Shown here one piece after another: positions 39,712 to 47,815 of a DNA stretch of 64,000 bases; the stretch's first letter is position 1; every line of letters begins with the position of its first letter. Both the position numbers and the translations under genes were made by a program. The stretch is taken from NCBI GenBank assembly GCA_963802965.1, contig CAWDKS010000001.1, positions 202,864 through 266,863 on the forward strand. The letters run 5' to 3'. Below the pieces are notes generated by a model that did no database searches, was not told the DNA's origin, and saw only the letters and a program-made list of their open reading frames with translations. This stretch comes from an uncultured Verrucomicrobiae bacterium. GTDB taxonomy: Bacteria > Verrucomicrobiota > Verrucomicrobiia > Limisphaerales > UBA11358.

Positions 39712-39713
39712 AA

Positions 39714-41480
39714 ATGAGCTGCGCGCTGAAAATAATCCTGATGCTCCCGCTCCTGCTGGCAACCGGGGCGGGAGCGGCGGATTTGCGCGTGGATTTTGCC
39801 TCGCAATTCAACGGCGCGCCGCTGGCCTTTGACGCGCCCAACAATCAAATCTCGCGCGGACAGAAAATTTCCGTCACGCGGCTGGATTTTCTGGTGTCAG
39901 GACTCGCGCTGCGCCGCGCGGACGGAACGTGGATTGGGCAAAAGGATTGGTTCGGTTACATCAGTGCGCGGGACGGCAGGACGAATTTCACGCTGGAGAA
40001 CATTCCCGCCGAAAATTACGACCGCCTCCGTTTCAATATCGGCCTGGAACCGCCAGTCAATCACGCCGATGCCGCGCAATGGCCCGCCGGTCATCCGCTG
40101 AATCCCGAAGTGAACCATTTGTATTGGAGCTGGTCGCGCGAATACGTCTTTCTCGCCCTGGAAGGCGGCTGGCAAAACGGCGGCGAGCCGAGTGGCTTTT
40201 CCTACCACCTCGCCACCGACCGCGAGCTGATGACAATTAAACTGCCCGCCGTACTGGACTTACATTCCGACCGAGATCTTCAGGTGACATTGGATGTCAG
40301 CAAAATTTTCTCCGCGCCGAACAAAATTGAGTTGAGCAACGCCAGCGACACAACTCATTCGCGGACGAACGATACGCTGGCCGTGATGCTGCGGCAAAAT
40401 GTTGAAGCCGCGTTTGCCGTGGAAAACGTGCGCGAGTTTTCGCCGATTGCCGAGCTGTCGCGCGGAACGAACCACATCGAAATCGCGCCGAACGCCACGC
40501 CGTATCGGTTGACGTTTTCGGCCTTTGCACCGCGCCCCGATTTGCCGCGCGACAATCCGCTCACCGGCGAAGGCGTCGCGCTGGGCAGCAGATTGTTCTT
40601 CGACCGCCGGCTTTCGGCGGGCAACGCGCAATCCTGCGCCTCGTGCCATCATCCGCGTGAAGCGTTTTCAGATAAAAGGCGCTTCAGCCGCGGCGTGGAC
40701 GGCGACATTGGCGCGCGCAACGCCATGCCGCTGCTGAATCTCGCGTGGAAATCGTCGTTCTTCTGGGATGGCCGCGCGGCGACATTGCGCGCGCAGGTGT
40801 TGCAGCCGATCCAGAACCCGGTGGAGATGCGCGAATCGCTGACCAACGTCGTCGCCAAAATTCTGACGGACCGGGATTACCCGCAGCTCTTTGCCCGCGC
40901 GTTCGGTTCGCCGCAAATCACCGCAGACAGGATCGCCCGCGCACTCGAGCAGTTTCTGCTCGTGCAGGTTTCGTTCGATTCAAAATACGACCGCGTCATG
41001 AACGGCCGGGCGCAATTCACGGACGAGGAACGGCGCGGCTTTGTGTTGTTCAACACGGAATACGATCCGTATCACGGGCAATATGGCGCGGATTGTTTTC
41101 ATTGCCACGGCGGCCCGTTGTTTCGGAGCCAGGACTTCGCCAACAACGGCCTGGATTCGGAATTCAAGGATTTGGGCCGTTACGCGGTGACAAAACGCGC
41201 GGGCGACCCGGGCAAATTTGCCGTGCCGTCGCTGCGCAATGTCGCCGTCACCGCCCCTTACATGCACGACGGACGGTTCAGGACTTTGGACGAAGCGGTC
41301 GAGCATTATTGCACCGGCATGAAGCGCAGCGCGACCCTCGACCCGAATCTCGCCAAGCACCCGGATGGCGGCGTGCCGTTGAGCGCCGCGGACAAACGGT
41401 CGCTGGTGGCATTTTTGAAAACGCTCACGGATGAACGGTTTTTGCCGCCGGCCGGACCCGTAAATTTGGCCCGAAAATAA
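39714..41480 (+). CDS. Fusion protein: MbnP-like (WxW) copper-binding domain plus MbnH-like di-haem cytochrome c peroxidase
   Basis: Signal peptide MSCALKIILMLPLLLATGAGA. The N-half has RLDFLVSGLAL and the YWSWS (WxW) motif. The C-half has two CxxCH sites (CASCH, CFHCH) and FWDGRA, PSLRNV and PYMHDG blocks. The start is 2 nt after the YHYH gene stop. Confidence 0.8.
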   Translation: MSCALKIILMLPLLLATGAGAADLRVDFASQFNGAPLAFDAPNNQISRGQKISVTRLDFLVSGLALRRADGTWIGQKDWFGYISARDGRTNFTLENIPAENYDRLRFNIGLEPPVNHADAAQWPAGHPLNPEVNHLYWSWSREYVFLALEGGWQNGGEPSGFSYHLATDRELMTIKLPAVLDLHSDRDLQVTLDVSKIFSAPNKIELSNASDTTHSRTNDTLAVMLRQNVEAAFAVENVREFSPIAELSRGTNHIEIAPNATPYRLTFSAFAPRPDLPRDNPLTGEGVALGSRLFFDRRLSAGNAQSCASCHHPREAFSDKRRFSRGVDGDIGARNAMPLLNLAWKSSFFWDGRAATLRAQVLQPIQNPVEMRESLTNVVAKILTDRDYPQLFARAFGSPQITADRIARALEQFLLVQVSFDSKYDRVMNGRAQFTDEERRGFVLFNTEYDPYHGQYGADCFHCHGGPLFRSQDFANNGLDSEFKDLGRYAVTKRAGDPGKFAVPSLRNVAVTAPYMHDGRFRTLDEAVEHYCTGMKRSATLDPNLAKHPDGGVPLSAADKRSLVAFLKTLTDERFLPPAGPVNLARK

Positions 41481-41579
41481 TCCACGGAAATATTTCCGCC
41501 TTCACCCTGGCTTAAGGTTCATGGGCGTAGGGTGGCGCAAAGAAAAGATTCACACCGGCAAATGGAAAGAGAGCACAAA

Positions 41580-42149
41580 ATGAAAACAAAAATGAAAATC
41601 ATGCTGGCGCTGCTGACCCTCGGCACGTCGGCCTTCGTTGCCAGCGCCCAGGACAACAATGGCGGCCCATCCGAAGGGGGTGGTCCCGGAAGCCAGGGCG
41701 GCCCCAATGGTCCGGGTGGACATCATCGTCCACCGCCACTGCCGCTCGTCCTCGCGCTCGACGTGAACCACGACGGCGTGATTGACTCCAACGAGATCGC
41801 CAACGCCAGCGCCGAACTGCTGACGCTCGACAGGAATGGCGACGGCCGGTTGACCGCCGATGAATATCTGCCGCCGCTGCCGAAGGATGCGCCCGCCGAC
41901 GCCCCACGTCCGCCGACACCGCTGATCGTCAAGGCGCTTGACACCAACGGTGACGGGGTGATTGATGCGAACGAAATCGCCAACGCGCCCACCGCGTTGA
42001 GGTCGCTGGATAAACGAGGCGACGGCAGGCTGACGCCGGATGAATACATCGGCAAGCCGCCCGGTCCGCCGCCAAATTCCAACGGCGGCAGCGAAGCCGG
42101 CGGCCCGCCCGATGGTGCGCCTCCCGGTCCGCCTCCGGATGCGCAATAA
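41580..42149 (+). CDS. Secreted EF-hand calcium-binding protein (two EF-hand pairs)
   Basis: Signal peptide MKTKMKIMLALLTLGTSAFVASAQ. Four EF loops are present: DVNHDGVIDSNE, DRNGDGRLTADE, DTNGDGVIDANE and DKRGDGRLTPDE. The flanks are Gly/Pro-rich. Confidence 0.85.
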   Translation: MKTKMKIMLALLTLGTSAFVASAQDNNGGPSEGGGPGSQGGPNGPGGHHRPPPLPLVLALDVNHDGVIDSNEIANASAELLTLDRNGDGRLTADEYLPPLPKDAPADAPRPPTPLIVKALDTNGDGVIDANEIANAPTALRSLDKRGDGRLTPDEYIGKPPGPPPNSNGGSEAGGPPDGAPPGPPPDAQ

Positions 42150-42158
42150 ATGGACTTT

Positions 42159-42229
42159 GGTAGGGCGGGCAGTCCCCTGCCCGCCGCAAAATGCCAACGA
42201 CGGCGCGCACGGAGTGACGCGCCCCTACC
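42159..42229. repeat. GGTAGGG...CCCTACC-type palindromic element (variant interior)
   Basis: GGTAGGGCGGGCAGTCCCCTGCCCGCC...GGCGCGCACGGAGTGACGCGCCCCTACC. Confidence 0.7.
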
Positions 42230-42315
42230 GAGAATTCCGTTTGAGTGAACGGACAGGCGGCGGGTTGTTCTGCGAATGCCGGATGTGAAGCAGTCAATCC
42301 GCCGCTTGGATTTTT

Positions 42316-42367
42316 GGGAGCCGCCGTCCCAAAGCCAAATCAGGGTCGCCGACACGGCGACCCTCCC
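42316..42367. repeat. Twin-hairpin GGGAG...CCCTCCC family element abutting the MFS stop codon
   Basis: GGGAGCCGCCGTCCCaaagccaaatcaGGGTCGCCGACACGGCGACCCTCCC. Confidence 0.7.
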
Positions 42368-42368
42368 A

Positions 42369-43625
42369 TTATTTCCCTTTCCCGCCCAATCGCTGAATCG
42401 CCAGCGCGCCGGCGGCAATCGAAATCGCGCCGCAAATCACGTAAGGCAGCATCGGAACACGCAGGTAAAGCGTCGCGGCGAACAGCGGACCGAGGATGCG
42501 CGCCAGGGCGCCGGCGCTTTGCGCGACGCCGATGGTCGCGCCCTGTTCGTTTGCGGGCGCGAGGTTCGAGAGCAATCCAAACACCGGCGGGCGCGTCAGG
42601 CCGGTGCCAATGGCCAGCAAGGCCAGCACCAGCAGCATTTTGATCCACGGCCAGTCGGCGAGGCGCAAAACCGCCAGCCATTTCAACTGGCCGTCACCCT
42701 TGACGAACGGCAGCAGCGCGAGGCTGATGCCGGTCAGGAACAGGCTGAAGGAAATCAGCTTCGGTTCGCCGAATTTTTTCACCAGCCGCCCGATGGCCCC
42801 GCCCTGGATGAACGCGCCGATGATTCCGCAAAAAACGAAGAGCGAAATGACCGTCGTGGCGGGTTTGGTTTCGTCCACGGCGATGCCGAGATTGAAATTG
42901 TCGCTGACGAGCAGCGGCAGGGTGCTTTCAAAGCAACTGAAGGCGAACGTCGCCAGGAAAAAAATCAGGATCAGCGAACCGATTTTCGGCTGGGCGAGGG
43001 TGTGCCTCCATTGCTTCAGGCGCGGACGGTTGCCCGCGTGGCCGGAATCGGCTTTCAAGCTTTCGGCGAGAATAAAGAACGCGAGGAGAAAATTGGCCGC
43101 GCACAGTGCGGCGGCGGCCCAGCCGGGGCCGGTGACGCCAAAAAGTTTCAAGGCAATGCCGCTGATGGCCGGACCGAAAATAAATCCGAGTCCGAACGCC
43201 ATGCCGACGAGTCCCATCCGCTTCGAGCGATTTTCCGGCGGCGTGATGTCGGCGATATAGGCCTGGGCGACGGTGATGTTGCCGCCGCACGCGCCCGCGA
43301 ACACGCGGGAGACCAGCAGCGCCCAGAGCGCGGCGGTGTGGTTTTCAAAGCCCGACCCGATGGCGAACAGCACATACGACAACGCCGCTCCGGCGGTGCT
43401 GATGAGCAGAATCGGGCGGCGGCCATGACGGTCGGACAGCCGGCCCCAAATCGGCGAGAAGAGGAACTGCATCGCGGAGAACGAAGCGATGATGGCGCCG
43501 ATGACGAACCCGCCCGCGCCGTAATGCCGGCTGTAAATCGGCACCAGCGGCACGACAATGCCGAAACCGATGAGGTCAATGAAGACCGTCAGGAAAACGA
43601 CGAGCAATGATGGCTTGCGATTCAT
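42369..43625 (-). CDS. MFS transporter (DHA1/TetA-like)
   Basis: VFLTVFIDLIGFGIVVPLVP and the motif-A segment GRLSDRHGRRPILL. There are about 12 TM segments. Confidence 0.85.
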   Translation of the reverse strand: MNRKPSLLVVFLTVFIDLIGFGIVVPLVPIYSRHYGAGGFVIGAIIASFSAMQFLFSPIWGRLSDRHGRRPILLISTAGAALSYVLFAIGSGFENHTAALWALLVSRVFAGACGGNITVAQAYIADITPPENRSKRMGLVGMAFGLGFIFGPAISGIALKLFGVTGPGWAAAALCAANFLLAFFILAESLKADSGHAGNRPRLKQWRHTLAQPKIGSLILIFFLATFAFSCFESTLPLLVSDNFNLGIAVDETKPATTVISLFVFCGIIGAFIQGGAIGRLVKKFGEPKLISFSLFLTGISLALLPFVKGDGQLKWLAVLRLADWPWIKMLLVLALLAIGTGLTRPPVFGLLSNLAPANEQGATIGVAQSAGALARILGPLFAATLYLRVPMLPYVICGAISIAAGALAIQRLGGKGK

Positions 43626-43839
43626 ACCGGCAACGGGCGCAAAGTCTAGTTGTGTTTATGAATGAGTCAAATCTTCCGGTTTGGACGACTGCAGCAGCGC
43701 TCTGTGAGTGCCGGTTGAATTTTGCGGCGGCCACAGACTGCCGCTACAGCCATATGGCGAATAACTTTGTGAATTGGTTGCGAACGGAAATGTTCAATTC
43801 CGCCTTGCTGCTCGTTCGGTAAAGCGTTCTCCTGTTCGC

Positions 43840-45306
43840 ATGATTGATTCCGTCTCCGAAGCCGCCGGCGCGGCGGCCGATTTGAAGAAAACACGGCGAC
43901 AGAAGGCCGCGCAGCAGCGCGGTCCCACCGTGGACCGGCTGCCGCCGCATTCGCCGGAAGGCGAGCAGGGCGTGTTGGGCTGCGTGCTGCTCTCGCCGAA
44001 CGAATGCTTGGGCGAGTGCCTGGAAAAACTCAAGGACGGCAAGGAGGTTTTCTACGACCTGCGGCACCAGACGATTTTCGAGACGCTCGTGGTGATGTTC
44101 GACACCCGCGAGGCGATTGATGTCATCACGCTCCAGCAACGGCTCAAGGACAAGCAGCTTTTGGAACAGGTCGGCGGCATCGCGTATTTGTCGCAACTTC
44201 AGGACGCGGTGCCGAGCGCGGCCAATCTGAGCTACTACCTCGACATCGTCCGGGAAAAGTTTCTGCTGCGGAAAATGATCCAGACCTGCACGGACGTGGT
44301 CGGGCGGGTTTATGATTACGAGGGCGAGGTGGACGCCCTGCTGGATGAAGTCGAACGCGACGTTTTAAGAATTTCAGAATCGCGGGTGCAGGGCGGCGTG
44401 GTGACCACCAAGGAACTGGTGGGCAAGGCCATCGGGACGATTGAAAATTTTTTCAGCCGCAAAGGGACGCTCACGGGTCTGGCGACCGGTTTCACGGACC
44501 TGGACCGGATGACCGACGGCCTGCACGGCAGCGAAATGATTGTCATCGCGGCGCGGCCCAGCATGGGCAAGACGTCCATCGCCATGAACATCGTCGAGCA
44601 CGTCGTGCTGGAGCAGAAATTGCCGGCGGCGGTGTTCAGCCTGGAAATGAGCGCGGAGGCGCTGGTGTTGCGGATGATGTGCTCGCTGGCGCGGGTGAAT
44701 TTGCGGAGCATCCGCGAAGGGTTCATGAGCGAGGCCGATTTCCCGAAGCTGACGGGCGCGGCGGGCCGGCTGGCGAACGCCCCGCTGTTCATTGACGATT
44801 CGGCGGCGCTCTCGATCTTGCAGTTGCGGGCGCGCGCGCGGCGGCTACACCAGCAGCACGGCATCAAACTTTTTGTGGTTGATTATTTGCAGTTGTTGCA
44901 TTCTACTGCGCGCCGGTCCCAGGAAAACCGGCAGCAGGAAATCTCGGACATTTCCAGCGGCATCAAGGCGCTGGCGAAGGAATTGAAGGTGCCGGTGCTG
45001 GTGCTCAGCCAGTTGAACCGCGAACTGGAGCGGGACAAAAGCCGCAAGCCACGATTGTCGGACTTGCGCGAATCGGGCGCGATCGAACAGGACGCCGACG
45101 TGGTCGGGCTGCTGTACAAGCCGAACGCCGGCGAAGATGACGACAATGTCACCGCCGAAGAGCCGGAAGGTTTGCCGGTGAACCTGTTGATTGCCAAACA
45201 ACGCAACGGCCCGACGGGCGACGTGAATTTAACGTTCTTGAAACCATACACGCGATTTGAAAGCGCAGCCAAAGTCAGCGACGAAGACGTGCCGATGGAC
45301 CGGTAG
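43840..45306 (+). CDS. dnaB: Replicative DNA helicase DnaB
   Basis: PPHSPEGEQGVLGCVLL in the N-domain, Walker A ARPSMGKTS, Walker B FVVDYLQLL, and LSQLNRELE and KQRNGPTG. Confidence 0.93.
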   Translation: MIDSVSEAAGAAADLKKTRRQKAAQQRGPTVDRLPPHSPEGEQGVLGCVLLSPNECLGECLEKLKDGKEVFYDLRHQTIFETLVVMFDTREAIDVITLQQRLKDKQLLEQVGGIAYLSQLQDAVPSAANLSYYLDIVREKFLLRKMIQTCTDVVGRVYDYEGEVDALLDEVERDVLRISESRVQGGVVTTKELVGKAIGTIENFFSRKGTLTGLATGFTDLDRMTDGLHGSEMIVIAARPSMGKTSIAMNIVEHVVLEQKLPAAVFSLEMSAEALVLRMMCSLARVNLRSIREGFMSEADFPKLTGAAGRLANAPLFIDDSAALSILQLRARARRLHQQHGIKLFVVDYLQLLHSTARRSQENRQQEISDISSGIKALAKELKVPVLVLSQLNRELERDKSRKPRLSDLRESGAIEQDADVVGLLYKPNAGEDDDNVTAEEPEGLPVNLLIAKQRNGPTGDVNLTFLKPYTRFESAAKVSDEDVPMDR

Positions 45307-45309
45307 CCG

Positions 45310-47814
45310 ATGAAATTATTTCTCCGCCTTTTCGGGATCTGGCTGTTGCTCGGCTGCGCCTCCGCCGCGTGGTCGCAAACGACCGGGCCGAAAATTGACC
45401 GCGTGGACGTGAAATTTGTCGGCCCCGCGTCGGTCAGCGAGCCGTTCATCCGCGCCAACATCCGCCTCAAGGCCGGGGACATCTACCGCGCGAACAACAC
45501 GGAGGACGACGTTCACGCGCTCTACGCCACGGGACAATTTTACAACATCCGCGTCACGGCGGACCCGGCGGCGGACGGCGGCGTGATTCTGACCTACATC
45601 GTGCAGGTGCGCCCGCGGATCTCGGAAATCAAGCTGGAGGGCAACAAAAAGTTGAGCGACACAAAACTCCGGAAAAAAATCACCGTGAAGGTGGGCGACC
45701 CGCTGGACGAGCAGAAATTGTTCACGGACGCGCAGGAGATGCAAAAGCTCTACGAGAAATACGGCCACCCGGATTCGCAGGTGAAATACGTCCTGAACAT
45801 TGATGAAAACGCCGGCCGCGGCTCTGTCACGTTTGAAATCACCGAAAGTCCGAAAGTCAAAATCACCCATGTCGAATTCATCGGCTCGGCGGCGTTTTCG
45901 CAGAAGCAACTGCGCAAGGAAATCAAGACCAAGCAACGCTGGATGTGGTCGTGGCTGACCGGCCGGGGCACGTTCAAGCAGGATGACTTCGACGCCGACC
46001 GCGACGACCTGGTGGATTTTTACCGCAATCACGGTTATCTCGATTTCGAGATCAAGGACGTGAAGCTCGATCGCCCGACGACGAACACCATGGCCATCAA
46101 GTTTTACGTCTTCGAAGGGCGGCAATACCGGGCGGGCGCCATCACCTTCAGCGGCACGACGATATTTCCCACCAACGCGGTGAGTCCCGCCTTCAATCCG
46201 GGGCCGGAGCCGAAGCCAAAAACCAGCCCCGCCGCCGCCGCGTGGTTGAGAAACCGGAAACTGAACAAGGACTTCACGATGAAAACGGGCAGCATCTTCA
46301 CGCCCGACGGCCTGACCAAGGATAGCAAGGCCGTGGAAGATTTTTACGGCAGCCAGGGCCATATCGAAGTCGCGCAGGGCGAGGCGCTGCGGGTCGCGCG
46401 CGTGCCGAACGTGGACACCGGGACGATGGATTTGGAATTTCAAGTGGACGAGGGCCAGAAATCCTACGTGGAAAAAATCGAGATTCGCGGCAATTTGAAA
46501 ACGAAGGACAAGGTCATCCGCCGCGAACTGGCCATCTCGCCCGGCGAAGTCTTTGACATGGTGCGTGTCCAGGTCAGCAAGGAGCGCCTCGAAAATCTGC
46601 AATACTTCGACAAGGTGGATTTGCGGCCGGAGCCGACCGACCCGCCGATTGCCGGGCGCAAAAACCTGATTGTGAACGTCGAGGAACAAAACACCGGCAA
46701 GCTCACGTTCGGCGCGGGCTTCAGTTCGGTGGACGCGCTCGTCGGCTATGTTGAACTGACGCAGGGCAACTTTGATTTGTTCCATCCGCCCACCTTCACC
46801 GGCGGCGGCCAGAAATTCCGCCTGTTCGTGCAGTTGGGCACAGAGCGGCAGGACTACGAACTGTCCTTCATCGAACCGTGGTTTCTCAACCGCAAGCTGT
46901 CGTTGGGCGTGGACCTTTTCCGCCACCAGTTGGATTTCGAGAGTCCGAACAACATCTTTAACGAGACCCGCACCGGCATGAAATTGAGCCTCACCCGCGC
47001 CTTGGGGAGCGACTTCCTCATCGGCAGCGTCAGCTACGCGATTGAAGACGTGGGCATCTCACTGAATGATGGCTGGCATGACTGGGAATCAGTGATTCCA
47101 ACCAAGTCAAATCCCACCGGATTTATTACGCCCAATGTTCCGCAGGCCATTCTGGATGAAACCGGCGATCACTTTTATCAACGCTTCGGGGCGTCGCTGG
47201 CTTACGACACGCGCAACAGCACGCAACTGCCCAATCACGGCCAGCGCAGCGAAATTGACACCGAGCTAAGCACCGGTGACAAAACCTTTTACAAGGTCGA
47301 GGTCAAAAGCGATTGGTTTTTCCCCGGTTTCTTCAAGGGCCACGTGCTGGAAGCGGGCGGGCGCGCCGGCATTGCCGACAGCCTGAGTTCCGGCGACGTG
47401 CCATTTTATGACCGCTATTATCTTGGCGGCCTCTACTCACTGCGTGGTTTCAAATACCGGAATATCGGCCCGCGTGACTCAAATTACGGAAACATTCAAT
47501 ATCCGTATATGGCCAATGAGCCGATTGGCGGCGACAGCTACTGGTTTGGCTCGCTCGAATACAGCATACCCATTTTGGAAAAGGAAAACGGCATTGGCGT
47601 GCGCATTGCCCTCTTTTACGATGCCGGGGCCGTTGGCGCCGGGTCTTACTCGTTTTCGGGAAATTTTGACGATAACTGGGGCTTGGGCTTCCGTCTGAAC
47701 ATTCCGCACCTCGGCCCGTTGCGTCTGGATTATGGTGTGCCCATTCATCACGATCAATACAACAGCGGTTCCGGTCAATTCCAATTCGGCGCTGGTTATA
47801 CCCGTGAATTTTAA
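45310..47814 (+). CDS. bamA: Outer-membrane protein assembly factor BamA
   Basis: A signal peptide and five POTRA-like units (for example IEIRGNLKTKDKVIRRELAISPGEVF). The C-terminal barrel ends FQFGAGYTREF. Confidence 0.92.
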   Translation: MKLFLRLFGIWLLLGCASAAWSQTTGPKIDRVDVKFVGPASVSEPFIRANIRLKAGDIYRANNTEDDVHALYATGQFYNIRVTADPAADGGVILTYIVQVRPRISEIKLEGNKKLSDTKLRKKITVKVGDPLDEQKLFTDAQEMQKLYEKYGHPDSQVKYVLNIDENAGRGSVTFEITESPKVKITHVEFIGSAAFSQKQLRKEIKTKQRWMWSWLTGRGTFKQDDFDADRDDLVDFYRNHGYLDFEIKDVKLDRPTTNTMAIKFYVFEGRQYRAGAITFSGTTIFPTNAVSPAFNPGPEPKPKTSPAAAAWLRNRKLNKDFTMKTGSIFTPDGLTKDSKAVEDFYGSQGHIEVAQGEALRVARVPNVDTGTMDLEFQVDEGQKSYVEKIEIRGNLKTKDKVIRRELAISPGEVFDMVRVQVSKERLENLQYFDKVDLRPEPTDPPIAGRKNLIVNVEEQNTGKLTFGAGFSSVDALVGYVELTQGNFDLFHPPTFTGGGQKFRLFVQLGTERQDYELSFIEPWFLNRKLSLGVDLFRHQLDFESPNNIFNETRTGMKLSLTRALGSDFLIGSVSYAIEDVGISLNDGWHDWESVIPTKSNPTGFITPNVPQAILDETGDHFYQRFGASLAYDTRNSTQLPNHGQRSEIDTELSTGDKTFYKVEVKSDWFFPGFFKGHVLEAGGRAGIADSLSSGDVPFYDRYYLGGLYSLRGFKYRNIGPRDSNYGNIQYPYMANEPIGGDSYWFGSLEYSIPILEKENGIGVRIALFYDAGAVGAGSYSFSGNFDDNWGLGFRLNIPHLGPLRLDYGVPIHHDQYNSGSGQFQFGAGYTREF

Positions 47815-47815
47815 G

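Noticed and set aside
39507-39713. An upstream extension of the MbnP-MbnH ORF (the track start is 39507).
   Set aside because: It overlaps the 3' end of the YHYH gene in another frame. The Met at 39714 is followed by a clean signal peptide.
42276-43610. A 444-aa ORF antisense to the DHA1 MFS transporter.
   Set aside because: It is a highly charged, Arg/Glu/Asp-rich shadow ORF. The minus-strand product has 12 TM segments and MFS motif A.
45316-46926. A 536-aa ORF antisense to bamA.
   Set aside because: It is a shadow ORF with low-complexity Arg/Ala/Val composition. BamA POTRA and barrel features are on the plus strand.
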